Source of the DNA: Escherichia coli
Lineage (GTDB): Bacteria > Pseudomonadota > Gammaproteobacteria > Enterobacterales > Enterobacteriaceae
Strand: one strand, 5' to 3'
Assembly: GCF_003334355.1 (NCBI RefSeq)
Contig: NZ_QOWP01000004.1
DNA length: 64,000 bases
Shown: positions 1 to 14,347 of the stretch, piece after piece
Numbering within the stretch: position 1 is the first letter of the stretch
How the letters are laid out: the number at the start of each line of letters is the position of its first letter
Program-made: the position numbers and the translations under genes
Notes under the pieces: model-generated
Databases searched by the model: none
Told to the model about the DNA's origin: nothing
What the model saw: the letters and a program-made list of their open reading frames with translations, nothing else

Positions 1-1211
1 GCCTGCTGGTTTATCCATACTTCATAGTGCAGATGCGGCCCGGTTGAACGTCCGGTATTACCGGAAAGCGCGATACGGTCGCCACGTTTCACCTTCTGTC
101 CCGGTTTCACCAGAATCTTGCGCAAGTGCATATAACGCGTGGTGTAGCTGCGACCATGACGAATAGCCACATAATAACCTGCTGCGCCACTGCGTTTGGC
201 AACCACCACTTCACCATCACCCACTGAAAGCACTGGCGTACCCTGCGGCATGGCGAAATCAACACCTCTGTGTGGTGCAACGCGACCGGTCACCGGATTA
301 GTACGACGCGGGTTAAAGTTAGACGAGATACGGAACTGTTTCGCCGTCGGGAATCGCAAGAATCCTTTCGCCAGACCAGTACCGTTACGATCGTAGAATT
401 TGCCATCTTCAGCGCGGATAGCGTAATAATCTTTACCTTCTGAACGCAAACGTACGCCCAGCAGCTGGCTTTGCTCACGTTTACCATCAAGCATTTCTCG
501 AGACATTAACACCGCAAATTCATCGCCTTTTTTCAGTTTGCGGAAATCCATTTGCCACTGCATGGCTTTAATCACTGCGCTCACTTCGGCGCTGGTTAAA
601 CCGGCGTTTCTGGCGCTGGCAACAAAGCTTCCCCCGACGGTACCTTTCAGCAGATTGTTAACCCACTCTCCTTGCTGCATTTCGCTGGTCATTTTAAAAC
701 CGTTAGCGGCAGTACGGTCATAGGTTCGGGTTTCACGACGAGACACTTCCCAGGTGAGGCGCTGCAGTTCGCCGTCCGCGGTTAATGTCCAGGAGAGTTG
801 TTGACCGATTTTCAGGTTACGCAATTCTTTGTCGGCCGCAGCCAGTTGGGTGATATCACCCATATCAATACCATACTGATTGAGAATGCTGCTTAGCGTA
901 TCGCCAGTGGAAACAACATATTCATGCACGCCCGCTTCACCGGCGATTTTGTCATCCAGTTCGTCCTGGGGAATGGCTTCATCTTCTTGTGCAGCTTGAT
1001 CAATCGGCTCACTGGCTTCAGGTAAGAGCGAACGAATTTCGTTCTGTTCCAGCTCAATGGTTTTGACAATTGGCGTGGCATCACGGTGATAAACATAAGG
1101 CCGCCAGACAGCGACGGCCAGAGTAAGAACGGTGAGCGACCCCAACATAACGCGGTGTAGTCGCGGTAAATTATTAAACGCCAGGGCGACAGAGCGGGCT
1201 ATCTGTTGCAC
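1..1211 (-). CDS. mepM: Murein DD-endopeptidase MepM (YebA), partial; C-terminal end lies beyond window start
   Basis: Minus-strand frame starting at GTG (plus 1209-1211) reads MQQIARSVALAFNNLP...; stop not reached within window; conserved position next to znuA. Confidence 0.85.
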   Translation of the reverse strand, partial: MQQIARSVALAFNNLPRLHRVMLGSLTVLTLAVAVWRPYVYHRDATPIVKTIELEQNEIRSLLPEASEPIDQAAQEDEAIPQDELDDKIAGEAGVHEYVVSTGDTLSSILNQYGIDMGDITQLAAADKELRNLKIGQQLSWTLTADGELQRLTWEVSRRETRTYDRTAANGFKMTSEMQQGEWVNNLLKGTVGGSFVASARNAGLTSAEVSAVIKAMQWQMDFRKLKKGDEFAVLMSREMLDGKREQSQLLGVRLRSEGKDYYAIRAEDGKFYDRNGTGLAKGFLRFPTAKQFRISSNFNPRRTNPVTGRVAPHRGVDFAMPQGTPVLSVGDGEVVVAKRSGAAGYYVAIRHGRSYTTRYMHLRKILVKPGQKVKRGDRIALSGNTGRSTGPHLHYEVWINQQ

Positions 1212-1226
1212 GTAATCACTTCCTCA

Positions 1227-2159
1227 TTAATCTCCTTTCAGGCAGCTCGCATACTGGTTGGCTAATTGACTCAGGAATTCTGAATAGCTTGTTTTACCCA
1301 GTTTGATATTCGTCCCCAGGGGATCCAACGTTCCCATACGAACGGATGTCCCTCGTGCGACGCTCTCAACGACCGCTGGCCTGAACTGTGGCTCAGCAAA
1401 AACGCAGGTTGCTTTTTGCTCAACCAACTGTGTTCTTATTTCATGTAAACGCTGCGCGCCAGGTTGAATCTCAGGGTTAACGGTAAAATGACCAAGCGGT
1501 GTCAGTCCAAACTGTTTTTCGAAATAGCCGTAAGCATCGTGAAAAACGAAATAACCTTTCCCCTTGAGCGGCGCGAGCTCGTTACCAACCTGCGTTTCGG
1601 TTGAGGCTAATTGTGCCTCAAAATCCTTCAGGTTGGCGTCAAGTTTGGCTCGACTTTGCGGCATAAGTTCCACTAATTTTCCATGGATTGCAACCGCTGT
1701 AGCCCGCGCTATCTCTGGGGAAAGCCAAAGATGCATGTTGAAATCGCCGTGATGGTGATCTTCGTCACTTTTTTCCGCGTGGTCGTGATCATCATCATCG
1801 CCGTGAATACTTTTCATCAGTAGCGGTTTCACATCTTCAAGCTGCGCAATCGTTACCTGCTTCGCTTCTGGTAATTTGCTTACCGGTTTTTGCATAAACG
1901 CTTCCATCTCCGGGCCAACCCAAACGACTAAGTCCGCGTTCTGTAAGCGTTTTACATCCGATGGACGCAGTGAATAATCATGTTCAGAAGCGCCGTCAGG
2001 CAGTAAAACCTCCGTTTCTGTTACACCATCAGCAATGGCAGAAGCGATGAACCCAACGGGTTTAAGCGAAGCGACAACGGCGGCATCTGCGGCCTGTGTT
2101 GCACCTCCCCAGAGAGCGGCGGATAATGCTGCGAAAAGAAGCGTTTTTTTATGTAACAT
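1227..2159 (-). CDS. znuA: Periplasmic zinc-binding protein ZnuA (310 aa)
   Basis: ORF-track frame 1227..2285; conserved start [14 protein letters not shown] at ATG 2159; signal peptide; His/Asp-rich loop [21 protein letters not shown] typical of ZnuA. Confidence 0.93.
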
Positions 2160-2191
2160 AATGCGACCAATCATCGTAATGAATATGAGAA

Positions 2192-2211
2192 GTGTGATAT
2201 TATAACATTTC
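2192..2211. promoter_or_regulatory. Zur box in the divergent znuA / znuCB promoter
   Basis: Palindrome GTGTGATATTATAACATTTC between the znuA and znuC start codons, matching the known Zur operator GAAATGTTATAATATCACA. Confidence 0.6.
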
Positions 2212-2237
2212 ATGACTACTGCAAGACTAAAATTAAC

Positions 2238-2993
2238 ATGACAAGTCTGGTTTCCCTGGAAAATGTCTCGGTTTCTTTTGGCCAACGCCGCGTCCTCTCT
2301 GATGTGTCGCTGGAACTTAAACCTGGAAAAATTTTGACTTTACTTGGGCCAAATGGCGCAGGTAAGTCGACACTGGTACGGGTAGTGCTCGGGCTGGTAA
2401 CACCCGATGAAGGGGTTATCAAGCGCAACGGAAAACTGCGCATCGGCTATGTACCGCAGAAGCTGTATCTCGACACCACGTTGCCACTGACCGTAAACCG
2501 TTTTTTACGCTTACGCCCTGGTACACATAAAGAAGATATTTTGCCTGCACTGAAACGTGTCCAGGCCGGGCACCTGATTAACGCACCGATGCAAAAGCTC
2601 TCTGGTGGCGAAACGCAGCGTGTACTATTAGCGCGAGCATTGTTAAATCGCCCGCAATTATTAGTGCTGGATGAACCCACTCAAGGCGTGGATGTAAATG
2701 GCCAGGTGGCGTTATATGACCTTATTGACCAACTGCGTCGTGAACTGGATTGTGGCGTTTTAATGGTTTCTCACGATCTGCATCTGGTGATGGCAAAAAC
2801 CGATGAAGTGCTGTGCCTGAATCACCACATTTGTTGTTCCGGCACACCGGAAGTTGTTTCCCTGCATCCGGAGTTTATTTCAATGTTTGGTCCTCGTGGC
2901 GCTGAACAACTGGGTATCTATCGCCATCATCATAACCATCGTCACGATTTACAGGGACGAATTGTTTTGCGTCGGGGAAATGATCGCTCATGA
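2238..2993 (+). CDS. znuC: Zinc ABC transporter ATPase ZnuC
   Basis: 251-aa ORF with Walker [13 protein letters not shown] signature LSGGE, Walker B LLVLDEP; conserved context. Confidence 0.95.
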
Positions 2994-3775
2994 TTGAATT
3001 ATTATTTCCCGGTTGGTTAGCCGGGATCATGCTCGCCTGTGCCGCGGGTCCGCTGGGTTCGTTTGTAGTCTGGCGTCGTATGTCTTATTTCGGTGATACG
3101 CTGGCTCATGCCTCATTACTTGGCGTCGCGTTTGGTTTGTTGCTGGACGTGAATCCATTCTATGCGGTGATTGCCGTTACGCTGCTGCTGGCGGGCGGTC
3201 TGGTATGGCTGGAGAAGCGTCCACAGCTGGCGATCGACACGTTATTAGGGATTATGGCGCACAGTGCCCTGTCGCTGGGCCTGGTGGTCGTGAGTCTGAT
3301 GTCTAATATTCGTGTTGATTTGATGGCTTACCTGTTCGGTGATTTGCTGGCAGTGACGCCAGAAGATCTCATCTCTATTGCGATTGGCGTGGTCATCGTG
3401 GTGGCTATTTTGTTCTGGCAATGGCGCAATTTGCTGTCAATGACGATAAGCCCGGATCTGGCGTTTGTTGATGGTGTGAAATTACAGCGAGTGAAATTGT
3501 TGTTGATGCTGGTGACGGCATTGACGATTGGTGTAGCGATGAAATTTGTCGGTGCGTTGATTATTACTTCGTTGCTGATTATTCCTGCTGCTACTGCGCG
3601 TCGCTTTGCCCGCACGCCGGAACAGATGGCTGGTGTCGCTGTTTTGGTGGGGATGGTGGCAGTGACTGGCGGTTTAACCTTTTCCGCGGTTTACGATACG
3701 CCGGCGGGTCCGTCGGTGGTGCTATGTGCGGCACTGTTATTTATTCTCAGTATGATGAAAAAGCAGGCCAGCTAA
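2990..3775 (+). CDS. znuB: Zinc ABC transporter permease ZnuB
   Basis: 261-aa hydrophobic multi-TM ORF; 4-bp overlap with znuC stop (translational coupling). Confidence 0.95.
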
Positions 3776-3792
3776 TCTATCGCTGAACACAT

Positions 3793-4112
3793 TTGTCGGA
3801 TGCGGCGCGAGCGCCTTATCCGACCTACGGTTCGCTATCTCTGGCTGGCCTGATAAGACGCGAACAGCGTCGCATCAGGCACACTGCCAATGTCGGATGC
3901 GGTGCGAGCGCCTTATCTGACCTACGGTTCGCTATCTCTCGTAGGCCGGATAAGACGCGAATAGCGTCGCATCAGGCACACTGCCAATGTCGGATGCGTC
4001 GCGAGCGCCTTATCCGAGCTACGGTTCGCTATCTCTGGTAGGCCGGATAAGACGCGAATAGCGTCGCATCAGGCACACTGCCAATTTCGGATGCGGTGCG
4101 AGCGACCAATCC
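3793..4112. repeat. BIME/REP cluster: about 3.3 tandem copies of a roughly 97-bp composite REP unit
   Basis: Unit tgtcggatgcggcgcgagcgccttatccgacctacggttcgctatctct..gccggataagacgcgaatagcgtcgcatcaggcacactgccaa repeats at about 3795, 3891, 3989, 4085 with point differences; contains inverted REP palindromes. Confidence 0.85.
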
Positions 4113-4115
4113 GAC

Positions 4116-5129
<1,014 letters not shown>

Positions 5130-5134
5130 TTACC

Positions 5135-5746
5135 TCATAACGCGGCGCGTAGGGCTTCGCGAATTAATGTTTCACTGCTGGCGTCAGGGCGAGCGATTTT
5201 GCTCACCATGCGGCTTGCTTCTTGTGGTTTATAGCCCAGCGCCACCAGCGCGGCAACCGCTTCCTGTTCAGCATCGTCGGTTGCCGGGCTGGCAGGTGAT
5301 GTGAGTACCAGGTCGGCGGCTGGCGTAAAGAGATCGCCATGCAGACCTTTAAATCGGTCTTTCATTTCAACAATCAAGCGTTCGGCGGTTTTTTTGCCAA
5401 TACCCGGCAGTTTCACCAGCGCCCCCACTTCTTCACGCTCAACGGCATTAACGAACTGCTGCGCTGACATTCCGGAGAGGATCGCCAGCGCCAACTTCGG
5501 GCCGACGCCGTTGGTTTTGATCAACTCTTTGAACAACGTGCGCTCTTGTTTATTGTTAAAACCGTACAGCAGCTGCGCGTCTTCACGCACCACAAAGTGG
5601 GTGAAAACGATCGCTTCCTGTCCCGCTTCAGGGAGTTCATAAAAACAGGTCATCGGCATATGCACTTCATAGCCTACGCCGCCCACTTCAATTAACACCA
5701 GCGGGGGTTGTTTTTCAATGATGATGCCTCTGAGTCTGCCTATCAC
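5135..5746 (-). CDS. ruvA: Holliday junction DNA helicase subunit RuvA
   Basis: 203-aa [18 protein letters not shown]...; immediately upstream of ruvB. Confidence 0.96.
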   Translation of the reverse strand: MIGRLRGIIIEKQPPLVLIEVGGVGYEVHMPMTCFYELPEAGQEAIVFTHFVVREDAQLLYGFNNKQERTLFKELIKTNGVGPKLALAILSGMSAQQFVNAVEREEVGALVKLPGIGKKTAERLIVEMKDRFKGLHGDLFTPAADLVLTSPASPATDDAEQEAVAALVALGYKPQEASRMVSKIARPDASSETLIREALRAAL

Positions 5747-5797
5747 ATGACGCTCCTGCGTAATGAATCAAAGATAATGCTGTATGATAAAAAAATG

Positions 5798-5813
5798 CTG
5801 GATAGATATCCAG
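5798..5813. promoter_or_regulatory. LexA (SOS) box of the ruvAB promoter
   Basis: Perfect palindrome CTGGATAGATATCCAG (CTG-N10-CAG) about 50 bp upstream of ruvA start. Confidence 0.6.
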
Positions 5814-6020
5814 CGAAGGATGAAGAAAACTTGCGAGGTGTCTCGATGATCTGAAAAATGGCACAGTATAATTTATTCTACAGGTTATTTTGGAAGCAAA
5901 TATTTTAATATTACATATTCAGTGAAAAAATGCGTAATAAAAATATACATTGCGCCTCCTGAAAAAATAAATTTTTTATGCTATTACGTATATTCGTATC
6001 TATTTCAATGGAATGACAAC

Positions 6021-6623
6021 GTGAATATTAATTACCCTGCTGAATATGAAATTGGAGATATCGCCTTTACATGTATAGGTGCTGCCTTATTTGGTCAAAT
6101 ATCAGCTGCATCAAATTGTTGGAGTAATCACGTCGGGATCATTATCGGTCATAACGGTGAAGACTTCCTGGTTGCAGAAAGCCGGGTCCCCCTTTCAACC
6201 ATCACCACGCTATCTCGTTTTATTAAACGTTCTTCTAATCAACGCTATGCTATAAAGCGATTAGACGCTGGGCTGACAGAACAACAAAAACAACGAATTG
6301 TTGAACAGGTTCCCTCCCGGCTACGCAAACTTTACCACACCGGTTTTAAATACGAATCTTCGCGCCAGTTCTGTTCAAAATTTGTTTTTGATATTTATAA
6401 AGAAGCGCTATGTATTCCGGTGGGTGAAATAGAGACGTTTGGAGAATTGTTAAATAGCAATCCGAATGCAAAACTCACTTTCTGGAAATTCTGGTTCCTG
6501 GGTTCTATTCCGTGGGAGCGTAAAACCGTCACGCCAGCCAGTTTGTGGCATCATCCGGGTTTGGTGTTGATTCATGCGGAGGGAGTGGAAACGCCTCAGC
6601 CGGAACTGACCGAGGCGGTATAA
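6021..6623 (+). CDS. yebB: YebB, YaeF/YiiX-family permuted papain-like protein (200 aa)
   Basis: ORF frame 5922..6623; conserved start [13 protein letters not shown] at GTG 6021 (alternative in-frame start at 5922); AT-rich gene. Confidence 0.8.
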   Translation: MNINYPAEYEIGDIAFTCIGAALFGQISAASNCWSNHVGIIIGHNGEDFLVAESRVPLSTITTLSRFIKRSSNQRYAIKRLDAGLTEQQKQRIVEQVPSRLRKLYHTGFKYESSRQFCSKFVFDIYKEALCIPVGEIETFGELLNSNPNAKLTFWKFWFLGSIPWERKTVTPASLWHHPGLVLIHAEGVETPQPELTEAV

Positions 6624-6624
6624 C

Positions 6625-7146
6625 TTAACGCAGTCGCCCTCTCGCCAGGTTCAGCCGCGATTCGCTCATCTGCATCGCATTCTGACTAACGTGGCAGTGG
6701 GTGATGGCAATCGCCAGCGCATCGGCGGCATCCGCCTGTGGATTAGCGGGCAGTTTCAGCAAGGTGCGGACCATATGCTGCACCTGGCTTTTTTCGGCAC
6801 TACCAATACCTACCACCGTTTGCTTTACCTGACGTGCCGCGTATTCAAATACTGGCAACTCCTGATTCACCGCCGCCACAATCGCCACGCCGCGCGCCTG
6901 GCCCAGTTTCAGGGCTGAGTCAGCATTCTTTGCCATAAAGACTTGTTCAATGGCGAAATAATCAGGCTGGAACTGGGTGATGATTTCCGTCACGCCCGCA
7001 TAGATGAGTTTCAGACGAGACGGTAAATCATCCACTTTGGTGCGTATGCATCCGCTACCCAGGTAGGACAGTTGCCTACCTACCTGGCGGATGACGCCGT
7101 AGCCGGTCACGCGCGAACCCGGATCAATGCCGAGAATAATAGCCAT
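6625..7146 (-). CDS. ruvC: Holliday junction resolvase RuvC (173 aa)
   Basis: ORF-track frame; conserved start [12 protein letters not shown] at second Met. Confidence 0.94.
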
Positions 7147-7180
7147 CACGCGTCTCCGTTTTGCTGTTTAGCAGGCCTCA

Positions 7181-7921
7181 TCAGAGAGTCGCTGCGACCT
7201 CATCAGAGATTTCACCGTTATGGTAAACTTCCTGCACGTCGTCGCAATCTTCCAGCATATCGATCAGACGCATCAGTTTCGGTGCGGTTTCTGCATCCAT
7301 ATCAGCTTTGGTAGACGGGATCATGGAAACTTCCGCGCTGTCTGCTTTCAGACCTGCCGCTTCCAGAGCGTCGCGCACTTTACCCATTTCTTCCCATGCA
7401 GTGTAGACATCAATCGCGCCGTCATCATAGGTCACAACGTCTTCAGCACCTGCTTCCAGTGCTGCTTCCATGATGGTGTCTTCATCGCCTTTCTCGAAGG
7501 AGATGACGCCTTTTTTGCTGAACAGATAGGCTACGGAACCATCAGTACCGAGGTTACCGCCACATTTGCTGAATGCATGACGCACTTCAGCAACGGTACG
7601 GTTGCGGTTGTCAGACAGACATTCAATCATGATTGCCGTGCCGCCAGGACCGTAACCTTCGTAGATGATGGTTTCCATGTTCGCATCATCATCACCGCCC
7701 ACACCACGTGCAATTGCGCGGTTCAGAGTGTCACGGGTCATGTTGTTAGACAGTGCTTTATCCACCGCTGCACGCAGACGCGGGTTAGCGTCCGGATCGC
7801 CACCGCCCAGCTTAGCCGCGGTTACCAGCTCACGAATGATTTTAGTGAAGATTTTACCGCGCTTAGCATCCTGCGCAGCTTTACGATGTCTGGTGTTGGC
7901 CCATTTACTATGACCTGCCAT
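7181..7921 (-). CDS. yebC: YebC/PmpR-family transcriptional regulator
   Basis: 246-aa [21 protein letters not shown]...; conserved upstream of ruvC. Confidence 0.94.
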
Positions 7922-7949
7922 AAAAATATCTCCAGATAGCCCTGCCTGT

Positions 7950-8402
7950 TCAGGCAGCGTTAATTACAAACTGTTCAATCGCCTGCCGGTTGCTCCAGGA
8001 CTTAGTGAGCGCCGCGGCAGCAGGCGCATCAAGCCACTTGTAAGCCAGATGTTCAGTGAAGACTACCTGGCGTTCGTGCGGGAGCGCAAGACAGAACCAT
8101 GATTCCGTATTACGCGTCACGCCCGGCGCATAGCGATGACGTAAATGTGAAAAAATTTCAAACTCTACCGTGCGCTGACAGTCAATTAAGGTCAGTTGTT
8201 CAGCGACAACATCAATGGTGACCTCTTCCTTTACTTCGCGCATGGCAGCTTGCGGCGCGGTTTCACCCTCTTCCACGCTGCCGGTTACCGACTGCCAGAA
8301 ATCGGGGTCATCACGCCGCTGCAACATCAGCACCCGTTTCGTATCTTGTGCGTAGATGACCACTAAGATCGAAACGGGACGCTTATACACTTTATCCTTC
8401 AC
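7950..8402 (-). CDS. nudB: Dihydroneopterin triphosphate pyrophosphatase NudB (150 aa)
   Basis: Nudix box in ORF; conserved start at GTG giving [11 protein letters not shown] (track ORF extends 19 codons upstream). Confidence 0.88.
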
Positions 8403-8519
8403 GCTGCCTCTTCGTTGACTGCCTTCGCTCATCCCATTCACATAGTTATCTATGCTCATGGGAGTTCACTCAGTTGCCGCCTTGATGCAACGCGAATGAT
8501 TTCGTGTATTTGAGTCATA

Positions 8520-10292
8520 TCAGTTATTCTCAGCCTTCTTCACAACCTGAATGCTCAGCTCAGCCAGTGCAGTCGGGTTAGCAAAGCTCGGTGCTTCAGT
8601 CATCAGACACGCTGCCGCCGTGGTTTTCGGGAAGGCGATAACGTCACGGATATTGTCGGTGCCAGTCAGCAGCATGGTCAGACGGTCAAGACCGAATGCC
8701 AGACCTGCGTGCGGCGGAGTACCGTATTTCAGGGCGTCGAGCAGGAAGCCGAATTTCTCGCGCTGTTCCTCTTCGTTGATACCCAGAATACCAAACACCG
8801 TCTGCTGCATATCACCATTATGGATACGTACTGAACCACCGCCCACTTCGTAACCATTGATGACCATATCGTAAGCGTTCGCCACCGCATTTTCCGGTGC
8901 AGCTTTCAGTTCTGCAGCAGTCATGTCTTTCGGTGAGGTGAACGGATGGTGCATTGCCGTCAGGCCGCCTTCACCGTCGTCTTCAAACATCGGGAAGTCG
9001 ATAACCCACAGCGGTGCCCATTTGCTTTCGTCGGTCAGACCAAGGTCTTTACCCACTTTCAGGCGCAGTGCGCCCATCGCGTCGGCAACAATTTTCTTGT
9101 TGTCGGCACCGAAGAAAATCATATCGCCATCTTGCGCGGCAGTACGATCCAGGATGGCTTCGATGATTTCTGCATTAAGGAACTTCGCTACCGGGCTGTT
9201 GATACCTTCCAGACCTTTCGCGCGTTCGTTAACTTTGATGTAAGCCAGACCTTTCGCGCCGTAGATTTTAACGAAGTTACCGTATTCGTCGATCTGCTTA
9301 CGGGTCAGCGATGCGCCACCCGGAACACGTAGAGCGGCAACACGGCCTTTCGGATCGTTCGCCGGCCCCGCAAATACTGCAAACTCAACAGATTTCAGCA
9401 GATCGGCAACGTCGGTCAGTTCCATCGGGTTACGCAGATCCGGTTTATCAGAACCATAACGGCGTTCTGCTTCCGCAAAGGTCATTACCGGGAAATCGCC
9501 CAGATCCACGCCCTTCACTTCCAGCCACAAATGACGCACCAGCGCTTCCATCACTTCACGCACTTGCGGCGCGGTCATGAAAGAAGTTTCCACATCGATC
9601 TGAGTAAATTCAGGCTGACGATCAGCGCGCAGGTCTTCGTCACGGAAGCATTTAACGATCTGATAGTAGCGGTCAAAGCCGGACATCATCAGCAGCTGTT
9701 TGAACAACTGCGGGGATTGTGGCAGCGCGTAGAATTTACCTTTGTGCACACGAGAAGGCACCAGGTAGTCACGCGCGCCTTCCGGCGTGGCTTTGGTCAG
9801 CATCGGAGTTTCGATGTCGAGGAAGCCGTGGTCATCCATAAAACGGCGCACCAGGCTGGTGATTTTAGCGCGGGTTTTCAGGCGCTGAGCCATTTCCGGG
9901 CGACGCAGGTCGAGGTAGCGGTATTTCAGACGCGCTTCTTCGGTGTTGACGTGGTTAGAGTCAAGCGGCAGAACATCTGCGCGGTTGATGATAGTCAGCG
10001 AGGACGCCAGCACTTCGATTTCGCCGGTCGCCATATCGCGGTTAATATTTTTTTCGTCACGCGCACGTACGGTGCCCGTGACCTGAATGCAGAACTCATT
10101 ACGCAGTTCAGAGGCCAGCTTTAACGCGTCCGCACGATCCGGATCGAAAAATACCTGCACGATACCTTCGCGGTCGCGCATATCGATGAAGATCAGGCTA
10201 CCAAGATCACGACGACGGTTGACCCAACCACACAGAGTCACCTGCTGCCCCACGTGGGACAAACGGAGCTGTCCACAATATTCTGTACGCAT
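8520..10292 (-). CDS. aspS: Aspartate--tRNA ligase
   Basis: 590-aa [27 protein letters not shown]...; class II aaRS. Confidence 0.97.
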
Positions 10293-10601
10293 GAGATATC
10301 CCTTAACTTAGCTGCCGGCGGATGCCCCCTGCTGCGCAGGTGACCAAGTCGCAGCGTTAGCTGTATGTCACAACTGAATGAAAAAAGGCGGCTATTATAC
10401 TGGAAATTCTGCCGCACCGTAAGAGCCTGGCCCGCGCTGGAACGCCTCGTTACCACTTTATATCGGGCCTGAAATCAGACTCTACGCCAGTTTGCTATAA
10501 AGGTGTTGCCCGAACTCATAAAAATTAACAAAATTTGTCGTTCCGCCATCGGCTAATCGCATTAAGGTGTGAGGCACGATTTTGTTTTTTCAGGAGTCAG
10601 C

Positions 10602-11168
10602 ATGCTTGAACTTAATGCTAAAACCACTGCGTTGGTGGTGATCGATTTACAAGAAGGCATCTTACCTTTTGCCGGTGGTCCACATACTGCCGATGAGGTA
10701 GTTAATCGCGCCGGGAAGCTGGCGGCGAAATTTCGCGCCAGCGGTCAGCCCGTGTTTCTGGTGCGCGTTGGCTGGTCTGCCGATTACGCCGAAGCATTAA
10801 AACAGCCGGTTGATGCCCCCTCCCCCGCTAAAGTGTTGCCCGAAAACTGGTGGCAACATCCAGCTGCATTAGGTGCAACTGACAGTGATATCGAAATCAT
10901 CAAACGTCAGTGGGGTGCGTTTTACGGTACGGATCTGGAGTTGCAATTACGCCGCCGAGGTATCGATACAATAGTGTTATGTGGGATCTCGACCAATATC
11001 GGTGTTGAATCCACCGCCCGCAATGCCTGGGAACTTGGCTTTAATCTGGTGATTACCGAAGACGCCTGTAGTGCCGCCAGCGCCGAGCAGCACAATAACA
11101 GCATCAACCATATCTACCCACGCATCGCCCGTGTGCGCAGTGTGGAAGAGATCCTTCACGCGTTATGA
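10602..11168 (+). CDS. yecD: Isochorismatase-family hydrolase YecD (188 aa)
   Basis: ORF frame 10569..11168; start chosen at ATG 10602 ([17 protein letters not shown]) preceded by CAGGAG RBS. Confidence 0.88.
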   Translation: MLELNAKTTALVVIDLQEGILPFAGGPHTADEVVNRAGKLAAKFRASGQPVFLVRVGWSADYAEALKQPVDAPSPAKVLPENWWQHPAALGATDSDIEIIKRQWGAFYGTDLELQLRRRGIDTIVLCGISTNIGVESTARNAWELGFNLVITEDACSAASAEQHNNSINHIYPRIARVRSVEEILHAL

Positions 11169-11983
11169 TTTACATCGGTCTACCGCAATGGTCGCATCCT
11201 AAATGGGTGCGGTTGGGGATCACCAGCCTTGAAGAGTATGCCCGCCACTTTAACTGCGTGGAGGGCAACACCACGCTTTACGCCCTGCCGAAACCCGAGG
11301 TTGTCCTGCGCTGGCGTGAGCAGACCACAGATGACTTCCGCTTCTGTTTTAAGTTTCCGGCGACCATTTCGCATCAGGCAGCATTACGGCATTGCGATGA
11401 TTTAGTGACTGAATTTTTGACCCGCATGTCACCGTTGGCTCCGCGCATTGGGCAATACTGGCTGCAACTGCCTGCCACATTCGGCCCACGGGAGCTGCCT
11501 GCGCTTTGGAATTTTCTCGATTCTCTCCCTGGCGAATTTAATTATGGTGTGGAAGTCCGCCATCCACAGTTTTTCGCCAAAGGGGAAGAGGAACAAACGC
11601 TTAATCGCGGTTTACATCAGCGCGGCGTTAATCGGGTGATTTTAGACAGCCGCCCGGTTCATGCAGCATGTCCACACAGTGAAGCTATTCGCAACGCTCA
11701 ACGAAAAAAACCTAAAGTTCCGGTACATGCTGTACTGACGGCGACAAATCCGCTGATTCGTTTTATCGGTAGTGATGATATGACGCAAAACCGGGAATTA
11801 TTTCAGGTCTGGTTACAGAAATTAGCGCAGTGGCATCAGACCACTACGCCTTATCTTTTTTTACATACGCCAGATATTGCCCAGGCCCCGGAACTGGTAC
11901 ATACCCTGTGGGAAGACTTACATAAAACGCTTCCAGAGATCGGAGCAGTTCCGGCTATTCCACAGCAATCTTCTCTTTTCTGA
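11165..11983 (+). CDS. yecE: DUF72-family protein YecE
   Basis: 272-aa ORF; 4-bp overlap with yecD. Confidence 0.9.
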   Translation: MIYIGLPQWSHPKWVRLGITSLEEYARHFNCVEGNTTLYALPKPEVVLRWREQTTDDFRFCFKFPATISHQAALRHCDDLVTEFLTRMSPLAPRIGQYWLQLPATFGPRELPALWNFLDSLPGEFNYGVEVRHPQFFAKGEEEQTLNRGLHQRGVNRVILDSRPVHAACPHSEAIRNAQRKKPKVPVHAVLTATNPLIRFIGSDDMTQNRELFQVWLQKLAQWHQTTTPYLFLHTPDIAQAPELVHTLWEDLHKTLPEIGAVPAIPQQSSLF

Positions 11984-12035
11984 ATTTGCCACCTATCATA
12001 GACAGGTGCAATCGGCCATTTTAAAGGGAGTTTGT

Positions 12036-14183
<2,148 letters not shown>

Positions 14184-14198
14184 AGGTCTGGTATTACT

Positions 14199-14298
14199 GC
14201 CGGATGCGGCGTGAACGCCTTATCCGGCCTACAAAACCTTGCTAATTCAATATATTGCAGGGACTATGTAGGCCTGATAAGCATAGCGCATCAGGCAG
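14199..14298. repeat. Pair of inverted REP elements
   Basis: tgccggatgcggcgtgaacgccttatccggcctaca and inverted tgtaggcctgataagcatagcgcatcaggca between convergent cmoB and torZ. Confidence 0.8.
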
Positions 14299-14347
14299 CT
14301 TTACGTTTGCATAACCTCAGCGCCCGTTTCCGGGCGCTATTCACTTC

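Noticed and set aside
3793-4112. Possible CRISPR array, given the regular roughly 97-bp periodicity
   Set aside because: Repeat units are long composite palindromic REP sequences with no short direct repeats separated by unique spacers and no cas genes nearby; this is a BIME cluster.
7220-7939. 239-aa plus-strand ORF antisense to yebC; similar antisense ORFs at 24535-25392 (inside flhA/flhB), 9531-10124 (inside aspS) and 31060-31638 (inside tar)
   Set aside because: All are shadow ORFs opposite well-supported genes, Cys/His/Arg-rich with low-complexity translations and no independent start or terminator signals.
14321-14345. Hairpin agcgcccg-tttc-cgggcgct just downstream of torZ as a torYZ terminator
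   Set aside because: No adjacent T-run on the minus strand; could be part of the REP-containing 3' region, so not annotated as a terminator.
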